This document shows positions 46,732 through 55,783 of a stretch of DNA of 64,000 nucleotides, piece by piece. Made by a program: the position numbers and the translations under genes. The notes under the pieces were generated by a model that saw only the letters and a list, made by a program, of their open reading frames with translations, ran no database searches and was not told the DNA's origin. Position 1 is the first letter of the stretch, and each line of letters begins with the position of its first letter. Source of the stretch: Candidatus Poribacteria bacterium (GTDB lineage Bacteria; Poribacteria; WGA-4E; WGA-3G); assembly GCA_965242965.1 (NCBI GenBank), contig OZ251518.1:960001-1024000 (forward strand), given 5' to 3'.

Positions 46732-48120
46732 TTACGCTTCGGCGAACTGCGGACGGCCAAGGGCATCCGTTCGTCCTTGGCGTTTGTAGTGCGGGAGATG
46801 CCCACCTGCATCGGCGAGGATACGTTCCTGCGCGAGGGCAATCCGCGCTGCGCCTTGCGCGGCGATGTTGTCCTGACACGCGATGTCTGTCTCCAGATCG
46901 AACAGTCGAGTGTCGTTCTGGAAATCAACGCTGGAGAAATACCAGTTCCGCCGGTCTTTGTACCAGATAGAGTTGACATAACGACAGGTGAGATATTCCC
47001 GTGATTCAAAGCCGCTTTTTCCTTCAACGAGCGGCAGTAAACTCTGTCCTTCGATTTCGCCTGCAGGCGTGACACCACTCGCCGCCATCACGGTGGCAGG
47101 GACATCCAACGTATAGACGAACTCATCGCATGTCGTGCCGGCGTTGACACCGGCTGGATGGCGGACAATCATCGGGATGTCCATCGTGCCGGGATACATG
47201 AAGTTGGCGGGTTTGCCGGTGGCTTTGTCCGGATTCTCGGCGAAGTTCGTACCGTGGTCGCTGAGGAAAACGATGAGCGTGTTTTCCCGCAAACCGAGCC
47301 TGTCTATCGTGTCAACAAGTTTCCCAAACCACGTATCGACGAGGGTTACTAATCCTGCGTAGTTTGCCTTGACGCTAGGCAGGCGCGCCGTGAGTTCCTC
47401 GTCGGTGAGTGAACCGTAGGGGAGGTTGAGACAGATGGGCTCCCGGTCTTCGCGTTTCCCATATAAGTCGTAGTAGTGCAGGGGTGCTTCCCACGTTTCG
47501 TGCGGCGTGAAGCCGTCAACGTAGAGATAAAACGGCGTGTTCTGATGGTTATGCTCCACGAATTCAATCGCAGAGCGAAATAGCCTTGCGGCGGGCCACA
47601 TCTCTTCTGGCCGTTCGGGTTGAACGTTGACAAGATGCGCGCGGACGCGTTCTGGGTTGCCGCGATAGCGCGAAAGTAGTGCCGGGTCTGCGTGTGCAGT
47701 CCCGCGATACCGGTCTTCGGCTTGGCCGCGCACGAATTCCCACTGCCGGAAGCCGCGCGTGAAATTCATCCCTGGCACGAAATAGTGCGGTACATCGGCG
47801 AAGAAGCCGGTGTGGTAACCGTTCCGCACGAGGGATTCGGCGATGGCGGGTTCATCCGATGACATCGGTTGCCAGCCGGGGGTGTAGACGTTATCCCACG
47901 GCACGGGTGTATAGGTGCTGAAAGGGAAAGCGCGTCTACCGGTATGTAGTGTGCGGCGCGTCGGAATTGTTGGCAGGCATTCCGGGTGCGCGTTCGTAAA
48001 ACGGACGCTCTGTTCGGCGAACCGTGCCAAGTTCGGCGTATGGATCCAATCGTTACCGTAAGGGCTGAGATACGCCGTGCGAAGTGTGTCTGAAACGACG
48101 ACGACAATGTTCCAGTTCAT
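46732..48120 (-). CDS. Sulfatase-like alkaline-phosphatase-superfamily hydrolase
   Basis: VVSDTLR, PTIPTRR, TPHE, FLSDHG. Confidence 0.85.
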   Translation of the reverse strand: MNWNIVVVVSDTLRTAYLSPYGNDWIHTPNLARFAEQSVRFTNAHPECLPTIPTRRTLHTGRRAFPFSTYTPVPWDNVYTPGWQPMSSDEPAIAESLVRNGYHTGFFADVPHYFVPGMNFTRGFRQWEFVRGQAEDRYRGTAHADPALLSRYRGNPERVRAHLVNVQPERPEEMWPAARLFRSAIEFVEHNHQNTPFYLYVDGFTPHETWEAPLHYYDLYGKREDREPICLNLPYGSLTDEELTARLPSVKANYAGLVTLVDTWFGKLVDTIDRLGLRENTLIVFLSDHGTNFAENPDKATGKPANFMYPGTMDIPMIVRHPAGVNAGTTCDEFVYTLDVPATVMAASGVTPAGEIEGQSLLPLVEGKSGFESREYLTCRYVNSIWYKDRRNWYFSSVDFQNDTRLFDLETDIACQDNIAAQGAARIALAQERILADAGGHLPHYKRQGRTDALGRPQFAEA

Positions 48121-48141
48121 AAAGTTGTCCTCCTTTGTGTC

Positions 48142-48441
48142 CTAAGCCGTATAATCAAAAACTAGGACATCCTCAACGAGGGGCCGAATGTGTTCGCCTG
48201 CGACTTGACGGTGATGCGGGTGCGGGAGATAGGCATCGCGCGCCGCTTCATCGGCGAATCTGACGATGAAGCCGTAACTATAGCCTTGGCTTTTGCCTTC
48301 CGGGCTGTTGTTCGTGCCGGCGGTTATCGATGCGATGCCGGGAATTTCAGCAGCCATACCGTGCAGCGCATCGGATAACGTTTCCAGTTGCGCCGCCGTA
48401 ATGCCATCTTTCAGTTTGAGTAAGACGATGTGTTCTACCAT
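48142..48441 (-). CDS. Dabb (stress-responsive A/B barrel) protein
   Basis: VEHIVLLKLK, GTNNSPE, RDAYLPHPHH. Confidence 0.88.
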   Translation of the reverse strand: MVEHIVLLKLKDGITAAQLETLSDALHGMAAEIPGIASITAGTNNSPEGKSQGYSYGFIVRFADEAARDAYLPHPHHRQVAGEHIRPLVEDVLVFDYTA

Positions 48442-48562
48442 AGCGGTTCCTTCCTGAATAAAAATTTTGTGGAAATTGAGACACGTTTGTGATATACTTC
48501 TAAGTATCGCATAATTCACGTTTTTTATCAAGTAATTTGATTTAACAAAAGGAGATTAGAAA

Positions 48563-49147
48563 ATGAAATCGATTGCTATTTGGACCTTCGTATTGATGGC
48601 TGCCACCTTGTTCACCGTTTTCAACGCGGAACCGGTGGAGGTCACCGATATAGAGGACAACAAAGGCGGCATCTACGCCGCCGTGGAATTAGAAGAAGGC
48701 GGGAAATTTTTCCACGACCGGGATTATACGATTACGCACATCCCGGAGGAATTTCTCGGTTTAACCCAGGTCTCTACGTCAGCCGACTGTCCGGGAGGAC
48801 AGGATTACAAGTTGACGTTTGATATCGACCGGCCGGCGTATGTCTATACGGCGTGGGACAGTCGGCATACGCGTCCGGAAGAACGGGGACAAGATCCGAA
48901 GGATTGGTTCACGGATGCCTATACCGATACCGGGGAGACGCTGTTCCTCGATGCGCCGCATGATCCGACGGAGTATTTTATCTACAAATCCAACGAACCG
49001 TTTGAAGGAACGGTGGAGTTACTCGGCATCGACGAAGTCATCGGCGATCCGGTGATTATGTGGACTATCTTCGTTGAAGAAGGGACTTTGCCGGTGGATG
49101 CGGAGGGGAATTTAACGACGACGTGGGGACAGGTTAAGTCGCGTTAG
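48563..49147 (+). CDS. Secreted hypothetical protein with C-terminal PVDAEGNLTTTWGQVK motif
   Basis: SD AAAGGAG, signal peptide, C-terminal motif shared with 53680-54474. Confidence 0.8.
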   Translation: MKSIAIWTFVLMAATLFTVFNAEPVEVTDIEDNKGGIYAAVELEEGGKFFHDRDYTITHIPEEFLGLTQVSTSADCPGGQDYKLTFDIDRPAYVYTAWDSRHTRPEERGQDPKDWFTDAYTDTGETLFLDAPHDPTEYFIYKSNEPFEGTVELLGIDEVIGDPVIMWTIFVEEGTLPVDAEGNLTTTWGQVKSR

Positions 49148-49250
49148 CGCGTCCGCGTCATTACGAGGTTGCGGGTGGATTTTTCGGTGGGATGCGATAC
49201 CATCGGAAGATCTGCCCGCGCTGCAACTACCTATTTGATAGGCCATAGAT

Positions 49251-50339
49251 ATGAAATTCACATCAATCGGTGAGACTCCCGCCTTGTTTGGGTTAACTCA
49301 ATCGAACGCAAACAAGGACTTCACGCAAGCGGCTGCCTGGGGGAAGAACAGTTTTAACAACTGTTTCCCCGTTGCTCTCTTATGCTACATGCAGCACCAA
49401 CATATCGCGCCGGTTTACTTGGCATTGGATGAAAATGGGGAGGTTGTCCATCAGAAAATTGCGGCAACTTCACTTTTTGGTATAGCGTATGATTCGACGC
49501 ACATTTTCTTTGCTTTTGAGTATACTTATGGACAAAACCAGCGGTTTGTCAAAGGGACTTTGCCTCGCATCGATCTTGTCGTTATGGATCAAAGTCCTAA
49601 TGCTGTGAATCCTTGGCTTCGCGCGCTTGAGATTAAACTGACAGCGTTGCCTGATAATTCAACGTGTCAGCTTTCCGAAGCAGAATATGGGTGTGAACTA
49701 GTCGCGCGTCCCAATACGATTGTCCATCTCACGCTTGAAATTGTGAGCGGATATGCTGAACAGCGACGCGAACTTTTAGATCGGTTACATCCTATTTCTG
49801 AACCCTGTTTCGATTGGGAATCAGAAGAGAATCTATTGGAATGGATGCCAGATATTCTCGAAAGGCTGCGGGAGTTGCTTCTTGCGAAAGTGGAGAATCA
49901 GACACCGTTAGTCGTCCAACCGATTTGGAAGACTATCGGGAAATCGCCTCGATTGCATGAGAACTGCTTGGATGTTTTCGTGTGGAGTGCGTCCGCTTTT
50001 GCAAAGTTGCTCCTAGATGCGGCAGAACAGCGTAATGCGACAAGACTATCACGAGCGCGACGTTCAGTTTTGTGGATGATGAAGATGCTCGTTGATTTCG
50101 CCCAAGAGGGGAAAATTGACCCGGGTACTGTGAGCGTGGGGTTTTCGCGACAAACTGACAAAGCGTTTGCGTTAAGTGGGAGGAAAACGCATCCTTATAT
50201 GGCGTGTGCCGAACTTTCACACCCGCGCGTCCGAAAAACGGAGATTCAACAGATTATCTTGGGACACGGAGAGAAGTTGCTCAGTCCCGAACGGCGGTTT
50301 GATGCGATTCTTGCGAATTCGCCGGAACTTTTCACATGA
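49251..50339 (+). CDS. Type II restriction endonuclease, HindVP family
   Basis: PALFGL..SN..DFT...WGKNSFNNCFP, PRIDLV...LEIKLTALPD, QPIWKT, QTDKAF, LSPERRFDA; adjacent to a C5 MTase. Confidence 0.8.
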   Translation: MKFTSIGETPALFGLTQSNANKDFTQAAAWGKNSFNNCFPVALLCYMQHQHIAPVYLALDENGEVVHQKIAATSLFGIAYDSTHIFFAFEYTYGQNQRFVKGTLPRIDLVVMDQSPNAVNPWLRALEIKLTALPDNSTCQLSEAEYGCELVARPNTIVHLTLEIVSGYAEQRRELLDRLHPISEPCFDWESEENLLEWMPDILERLRELLLAKVENQTPLVVQPIWKTIGKSPRLHENCLDVFVWSASAFAKLLLDAAEQRNATRLSRARRSVLWMMKMLVDFAQEGKIDPGTVSVGFSRQTDKAFALSGRKTHPYMACAELSHPRVRKTEIQQIILGHGEKLLSPERRFDAILANSPELFT

Positions 50340-50354
50340 GAAAAGGAACAGCAA

Positions 50355-51404
50355 ATGCCTCTAAAATTCATTGATCTCTTTGCCGGATGCGGTGGCATGA
50401 CACTCGGATTCCAAAACGCGGGATTTGAACCTGTCGCCGCGTTTGATAATTGGAAAGCTGCCGGCCAAGTCTACCGTGCCAATTTCGCGCACGAGATCCA
50501 CGAACTTGACCTGGGTGACTGGCAGCAGTGCCTCGCAACGCTCACCTCCTATCCGTTTGACATGATTATTGGCGGCCCGCCGTGCCAAGATTTTTCGCAC
50601 GCCGGCAAACGGAATGAAAACTTAGGGCGCGCTGCGCTGACGGTGAGTTTCGCGCAGCTTGTCGCGCACACGAAGCCGAGATGGTTCGTCATGGAGAACG
50701 TGGATAGAGCCGTGAGAAGCGAGAAATATCGCCGCGCCGTTGAGGTTCTCAGTGCCGCCGGGTATGCGCTAACGCAACGGATATTAGAGGCGAATCTTTG
50801 CGGTGTGCCGCAGAAACGGAAGCGACTTTTCCTCATCGGCGAATTGGAGACATCTCACGAAGGTTCCGTTGCGAGTTATTTGGATGGCAATTTGACGGTG
50901 TCCAAACCGCTGACGGTGCGGGATTATTTGGGTGATGGGTTTCTTGAGATTGAGCACTATTATCGGCATCCGCGCAACTATAGCCGCCGTGCGGTTTTTA
51001 GCATCGATGAACCGAGTCCGACGGTGCGCGGTGTCAACCGTCCGATTCCGAAGACTTACCGGATGCATCCAAAGGACACCGCGCCGATTTCGGCTGCGGT
51101 CCGTCCACTCACAACGTTGGAACGGAGTTATTTGCAAACGTTTCCGAGAGGGTTCCATTTCAGCGGCTCGAAAACCAATTTGGAGCAGATGATAGGGAAT
51201 GCTGTCCCGGTAAAACAGGCGGAATATGTCGCGCGCTGCATTCGTGCCTGCCTTGAGAAGGGTGAAGGTGTGTTGAAGGGGAGGCAGTTGGATTTGTTTG
51301 AGGCGGCAGCCCCGGCGAAATTCATTGAACATCGAGACCAGGAGGTCTCTCCTACCGGAAGAAATCGAGACCGGGAGGTCTCTCCTACGGTGCCCTTACA
51401 TTGA
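50355..51404 (+). CDS. DNA (cytosine-5) methyltransferase, M.HindV/HgiDI-like
   Basis: DLFAGCGG, GGPPCQDFS, MENV, QKRKR, TRD YYRHPRNYSRRAVFSIDEPSPTVRGVNRP, QMIGNAVP; last ~25 aa are REP-derived. Confidence 0.93.
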   Translation: MPLKFIDLFAGCGGMTLGFQNAGFEPVAAFDNWKAAGQVYRANFAHEIHELDLGDWQQCLATLTSYPFDMIIGGPPCQDFSHAGKRNENLGRAALTVSFAQLVAHTKPRWFVMENVDRAVRSEKYRRAVEVLSAAGYALTQRILEANLCGVPQKRKRLFLIGELETSHEGSVASYLDGNLTVSKPLTVRDYLGDGFLEIEHYYRHPRNYSRRAVFSIDEPSPTVRGVNRPIPKTYRMHPKDTAPISAAVRPLTTLERSYLQTFPRGFHFSGSKTNLEQMIGNAVPVKQAEYVARCIRACLEKGEGVLKGRQLDLFEAAAPAKFIEHRDQEVSPTGRNRDREVSPTVPLH

Positions 51405-51451
51405 GACAGGGAGGACGCGCGATAGGAAAGACATCCGGCATGACAATTCGG

Positions 51452-51685
51452 CTAATAGATAATACACGCGCCGCCCGCGCATACACTTCCTGTCTTCTGC
51501 GTGACATCCCCGGCGACGCTGTTTTCTTCGCCTGCCTCGAATTCGGAGACGAGTTGCGTTACCTTCGCTGGCGGCGGCGTGATACCGAATTGGAGAGCGT
51601 CGTTTTGCGTAAAGGTGACTGTGCATCCGGTGAATACCGCAGTTGCACAGAGAAGAGCCGCTATGAGAATTACCGTGGTTTTCAT
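51452..51685 (-). CDS. Small lipoprotein with C-terminal CAGGAC motif
   Basis: SD GGAGG, MKTTV...FTGC lipobox, ends VCAGGACIIY. Confidence 0.7.
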   Translation of the reverse strand: MKTTVILIAALLCATAVFTGCTVTFTQNDALQFGITPPPAKVTQLVSEFEAGEENSVAGDVTQKTGSVCAGGACIIY

Positions 51686-51687
51686 GA

Positions 51688-52806
51688 TTAAACCTCCACT
51701 TGCCGAAGATCGACCTGGTCCAGCGTGTTTGTGCCGATTTCCAGGCTGCTGGCAGTGTTGATATAGTTCGCTAGTTTGGAGACAGAGTTCAATTCCATCT
51801 CTTCGCGCTTCTGGTTGACCGTCTGAAGCACCAACACGTCGAGAATAACCGGGTCTGCGCTGACGAAGAGGGTGTTGAATTGCCACGTGCTATCGGCGTT
51901 GTATGTCGGGCCGTGGTCGAAGGAGGCGACGAGTCCGTCAACGATGTTCAGGATGAGTTTCTCCTTCAGCACTTTGTGTTGCAAGATTTCACCGACAGCG
52001 GGGTTGCAGTGAAGCGGTTTGGCATGGAATCGGCGCGTGTTATCAACGCTGCCGAAGGCGAGATTTTTGAGGCATCCGCTCACACCGGCTATTGCGTGAT
52101 GTTTCAAGACCGGCACGTTAATCAGCACATCTACCATCTGCGTTACGATGCGGGAATAGCGGGAGCGGATGCTGCCGTTTTCGCGACGTGAGAAACTGTC
52201 CTTTTCGGATTCGTAGAATACTTCGTCGTCATAGCCGATACCCTCTGTATCCGAGGCGAGGATTCGGACATCGTCTTCCTCCAGCGTTATAGGATAACCC
52301 GCGTTAAGGAGATGGTTTTCAAACCGGTCCCAGATAAGCACCTGTTTTCGGAGCACGCCGGCACCGTAAAGTCCCTCAATAATTTTATCGACGATGATAG
52401 CATGCGTGCTGAGCTCGGGGCCGCCGAGGGGATTAATCTTGATGCCGACGATGTCGTCCGGTAGCACGATGGCGCGCCATGCCTCTTTGGCGGAGTCGCG
52501 TCCTGTGAGTTTCATCATCGCCTGGTCAAGGAGCTCGCTGACGACATCCTCGTTGAGGCGGTTGCCTTCCCAGACCTGCTTACTGATAGCTTCCACCACG
52601 GGTGTGGACGGTTGTGCTTCTCCGAGTTCTGGCACGATTTGCTGTCCGCCAATTTGCGCGAGGGCGGGTAGCGTGCTGAGCGCAACGCCGCCGATGGTGC
52701 CGAGTTGCGTTAAAAATTGCCGCCTGTCAAGTGTATCATCCCGTTGGCGTGCCATCTCTTCGCTGTCGGCAAGAATGTTTGCAATAACCGAGTCTTCTGT
52801 TTTCAT
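51688..52806 (-). CDS. DUF362 family protein with twin-arginine-like segment
   Basis: RRQFL, VGIKIN, LINVPVLKHHAIAGVSGCLKN, SADPVILD. Confidence 0.85.
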   Translation of the reverse strand: MKTEDSVIANILADSEEMARQRDDTLDRRQFLTQLGTIGGVALSTLPALAQIGGQQIVPELGEAQPSTPVVEAISKQVWEGNRLNEDVVSELLDQAMMKLTGRDSAKEAWRAIVLPDDIVGIKINPLGGPELSTHAIIVDKIIEGLYGAGVLRKQVLIWDRFENHLLNAGYPITLEEDDVRILASDTEGIGYDDEVFYESEKDSFSRRENGSIRSRYSRIVTQMVDVLINVPVLKHHAIAGVSGCLKNLAFGSVDNTRRFHAKPLHCNPAVGEILQHKVLKEKLILNIVDGLVASFDHGPTYNADSTWQFNTLFVSADPVILDVLVLQTVNQKREEMELNSVSKLANYINTASSLEIGTNTLDQVDLRQVEV

Positions 52807-52921
52807 ATTTTCTCAACCTTTGTCCGATTCTGCCCTGTTGAAATCAGGCGAGCTCAAACTACAGAGATTTCGGCACTGTTGCGTTCTGGTGATTTCAAAG
52901 CACAGCCGTGCGGTGCTGTCC

Positions 52922-53683
52922 TCAGAGTTTGCCTAATTCCTCAATGATTGTCGCAGGCGGCACCCGGCCTCCCAGTCGGACATCCAAAAACTTCCAGCCG
53001 ATTTTTCCCTCTTGTGTGAGGAGATAGGTTGTCGGGCGCGCGATGCGGTTGTTACCCGGGTCAACGACGTTATAGGCTCCAATAACCTCGCGTTCTGCAT
53101 CAGCGAGCAGCGGGAATTTGATGCCGTGGTTCTGCGCGGTGTTTCGGGTAGCGGCTTTTCCATCGGAACTGATGGCGATGAGTTCCGCGCCGGCGGCTTT
53201 AATGGCTGCGTAGTTATTTTGCAACTCGCCGAGTTGCGTTCTGCAAAAAGGTCACCAGCCGCCCCGGTAGAAGACTAATACCACTTTTTGTTTCCCGATA
53301 TAGTCGTTGAGCGCGTGCAATTTGCCATCGCCATTGGGCAATTCAAACGCTGGTGCTTGACTGCCGAGGCTCAAGCCTTCGCCCGGTTCCAGTTTCTCCA
53401 CGACCTCTACTTTTTCTTCTACGGGCTGCGGCGCGGGTTCAAGTGCCGGTTCTTCTTCCTGCAACTGCGCCGCTTCAACTTCCGGTTCCGGTTCAACGGC
53501 TTCGGCTGCGGGTGTTGGTTGCACGGTGACTTCTGTCGTTCCCGTTTCCACGCTGCCTTCTTCATCTGTTGTGCCGCAATTCAGTCCCGCGAACAACAAA
53601 AACGCCAGCGCGAGGCAAGGTAATCTCTGCAGGAAACCCTGCAGAGATGTTAGAAGAGGCGTAACGGTTCGTAGCTGCTTCAT
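52922..53683 (-). CDS. Selenocysteine-containing peroxiredoxin-like (AhpC/TSA) lipoprotein; in-frame UGA at 53252-53254
   Basis: APAFELP...VLVFYRGGW-[UGA]-PFC-RTQLGEL...IAISSD...FPLLAD...ARPTTY reads as one thioredoxin fold; GLNC lipobox. Confidence 0.88.
53217..53250 (-). promoter_or_regulatory. Bacterial SECIS-like hairpin
   Basis: GCAACTC-GGC-GAGTTGC starting 14 nt after the UGA, with G in the apical loop. Confidence 0.7.
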
Positions 53684-54474
53684 CGCTGTGTTCTCCGTTT
53701 TATTCTGCTCCATGTCGTGGTGAGTTTATCAACCGGTTCCACGGCGGCAGCGGTTTGGACACCTTCGTTCATGATGTTGTCCATTTGCTCTTCGTCAAGG
53801 GCGATGTCGAAAAGCGCGACATCGTCGATGATGCCGGTGGTATACCTATCGTAGTGTCGCCCGATGTGGAAGACTCCTTCGGAGGTGCCATATCCATCTT
53901 TTTCGTTGAATTTGATTTCGCCCTCCATTTTGCCATCTACCCAGAGGGATGCCGTGCCGGTGCTTGCATCGGCTCTGCCGACGATGAAGTGCCACTTGTC
54001 GTCGCCGACAAAGGTGGTGCCGTCGGCTCGGAAGCTCGTTCCGGCACTATCGCGGAGATAGAGGGTTACCTGGTTCCGCGAGCCGTCGTCCCAGAGCAGA
54101 TACCATGGGAGTGCCTGCGAGGTGTCCTCGTAGTTTTTTCCGACGAGTGCGCCGCCAACTTTGCTGCCCTTGAAATGGAGCGTAATCGTGAAAGAGGTTC
54201 CACCCTTGAACCCGACGGTGGGTGAATGCGGTACCTCTACCCAGTTGGCAACGCCGTCAAATTCGAGAGCTTTGCCGAATTTGCCATCAACCCACTTTGC
54301 ACCGTGGATCTCGCCGTCATTCCCTTGTTCAGAGGAATCTGTAGCTGTGTTGCCCTTGCCTTCGTCAAAAAGCCACATTCCCATGATATTTTCGCTGTCA
54401 ATGTTCGCACTGGTGTGCGGTGCGATGAGCCAAATAGCGATGAGACTTGCCAACGTTATTCGCAGTATGCGCAT
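53680..54474 (-). CDS. Secreted LamG (concanavalin A-like) domain protein
   Basis: WLFDEGKG, WVDGKFGKALEFDG, WHFIVG, GIIDDVALF; C-terminal AVEPVDKLTTTWSRIK. Confidence 0.9.
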   Translation of the reverse strand: MRILRITLASLIAIWLIAPHTSANIDSENIMGMWLFDEGKGNTATDSSEQGNDGEIHGAKWVDGKFGKALEFDGVANWVEVPHSPTVGFKGGTSFTITLHFKGSKVGGALVGKNYEDTSQALPWYLLWDDGSRNQVTLYLRDSAGTSFRADGTTFVGDDKWHFIVGRADASTGTASLWVDGKMEGEIKFNEKDGYGTSEGVFHIGRHYDRYTTGIIDDVALFDIALDEEQMDNIMNEGVQTAAAVEPVDKLTTTWSRIKRRTQR

Positions 54475-54719
54475 TTTGATTTCTCCTTTTTCTCAGATCT
54501 GGTAATAGAAATATGATACCATAGGTTTCACGATTTAAGCAAGTTTTTTTATGAGTGGGCAATTTAGTCATTGAAAATCAAGACCGGGAGAGAGTGCCTA
54601 CGGTATTGCATCGAGACCGGGAGGTCTCTCCTACCGGAAGAATCGAGACCGGGAGGTCTCGCCTACTGGGGGGAGTCAAGACCGGGAGGGCGTTTGTTGA
54701 GAATTGATGAAAATTTTTG

Positions 54720-54748
54720 TTGACAGATGCCGTTTCTTTTGATAGAAT
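54720..54748 (+). promoter_or_regulatory. Sigma70-type promoter
   Basis: TTGACA-17 bp-TAGAAT. Confidence 0.65.
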
Positions 54749-54811
54749 TCGCGGATATAAACGGATTGATGGGAGGCAGAAAACGTTTTTATTTTCAACG
54801 ATTCCTCACAA

Positions 54812-55681
54812 ATGGCGAAGGCGCGATTTCTTGTTCCGTTGGTGGTTTTTGTATTTTTCTGCGAAATGGAAGTGGGTGCGGCGTTTGAAAATATTGGGCT
54901 TACCGCGCGGGCGATGGGTATGGGTGGTGCGTATTCAGCGGTGGCACGCGATACGAGCGCGCTGATATGGAATCCGGCAGGCGCGGCACAGATGTCCTCT
55001 CCCGAAATAGGACTCAGTTCCGTTGAACTCTACGGTTTGCTGAGTTATAGTTTTGTCGGCTGGGCGCATCCGATTCGGTTGGAGCAAACGGTAGGCGCGG
55101 CGGTGCTGAGTTCAAGCGATACGGAAGGCATCTCGCAGGAACGCGTTGTTTTGCTCTCAGCTGCCACGCGTATGCCGAGGGTTCCGCTGCATGTCGGGAT
55201 TAACGTCAAGTCCTTTTCGACTTCGGTTAATCTGGCACCGGGGGTGCGGCTAGGCAGCGGTGCGGGTTGGGGGATAGACTTCGGGCTGCAGTCTGCGTTA
55301 AAAATCCACGTAGGCGCGCTGAAAATCGGGCTGGTGCTTCCGAATTTGCTATCGCAAGTCGCTTACGAGCGCGAGGCGGCAGAACGTTACAGTGAATCAC
55401 TTTTGCGGGAATGGCGCATCGGCGTTGCACTGATGGGCGATGCTGGCTTAGTCGCCGTTGAGGTGGCGAACGGGCATCCCTTAATCGGCGGCGAGTATCG
55501 GTTTAATTCAGGAGATAACACGTTCGCCGTGCGGTTGGGATGGCGATTGACTGAAGGAGTGTCCCGTGGGCTTACTGCCGGGTTTGGCTATCACGGCGGC
55601 GATTTTGCGCTGGATTATGCTTTTGTGAGCGGGGCATCCACAACGCAGCGTTCGCTTTTTTCGGTTAGGATTTTCTATTGA
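54812..55681 (+). CDS. PorV/UPF0164-like outer-membrane beta-barrel protein
   Basis: ARAMGMGGAYSAVA.D.SALIWNPAG, GLTAGFG...LDYAF, C-terminal aromatic residue. Confidence 0.8.
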   Translation: MAKARFLVPLVVFVFFCEMEVGAAFENIGLTARAMGMGGAYSAVARDTSALIWNPAGAAQMSSPEIGLSSVELYGLLSYSFVGWAHPIRLEQTVGAAVLSSSDTEGISQERVVLLSAATRMPRVPLHVGINVKSFSTSVNLAPGVRLGSGAGWGIDFGLQSALKIHVGALKIGLVLPNLLSQVAYEREAAERYSESLLREWRIGVALMGDAGLVAVEVANGHPLIGGEYRFNSGDNTFAVRLGWRLTEGVSRGLTAGFGYHGGDFALDYAFVSGASTTQRSLFSVRIFY

Positions 55682-55783
55682 AAACTACCTGAACGCAAAG
55701 CACACGAACAGTTCTGGCAATCTGTCCTTACCGTGCCTTTGAGAGTTGTCAGGGAGGATTTCTCTATCCGCTCGCAGTGTTTC

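Noticed and set aside
52922-53713. Two separate genes or a nonsense pseudogene
   Set aside because: The UGA sits exactly at the redox Cys position, the frame is continuous, and a SECIS-like hairpin follows
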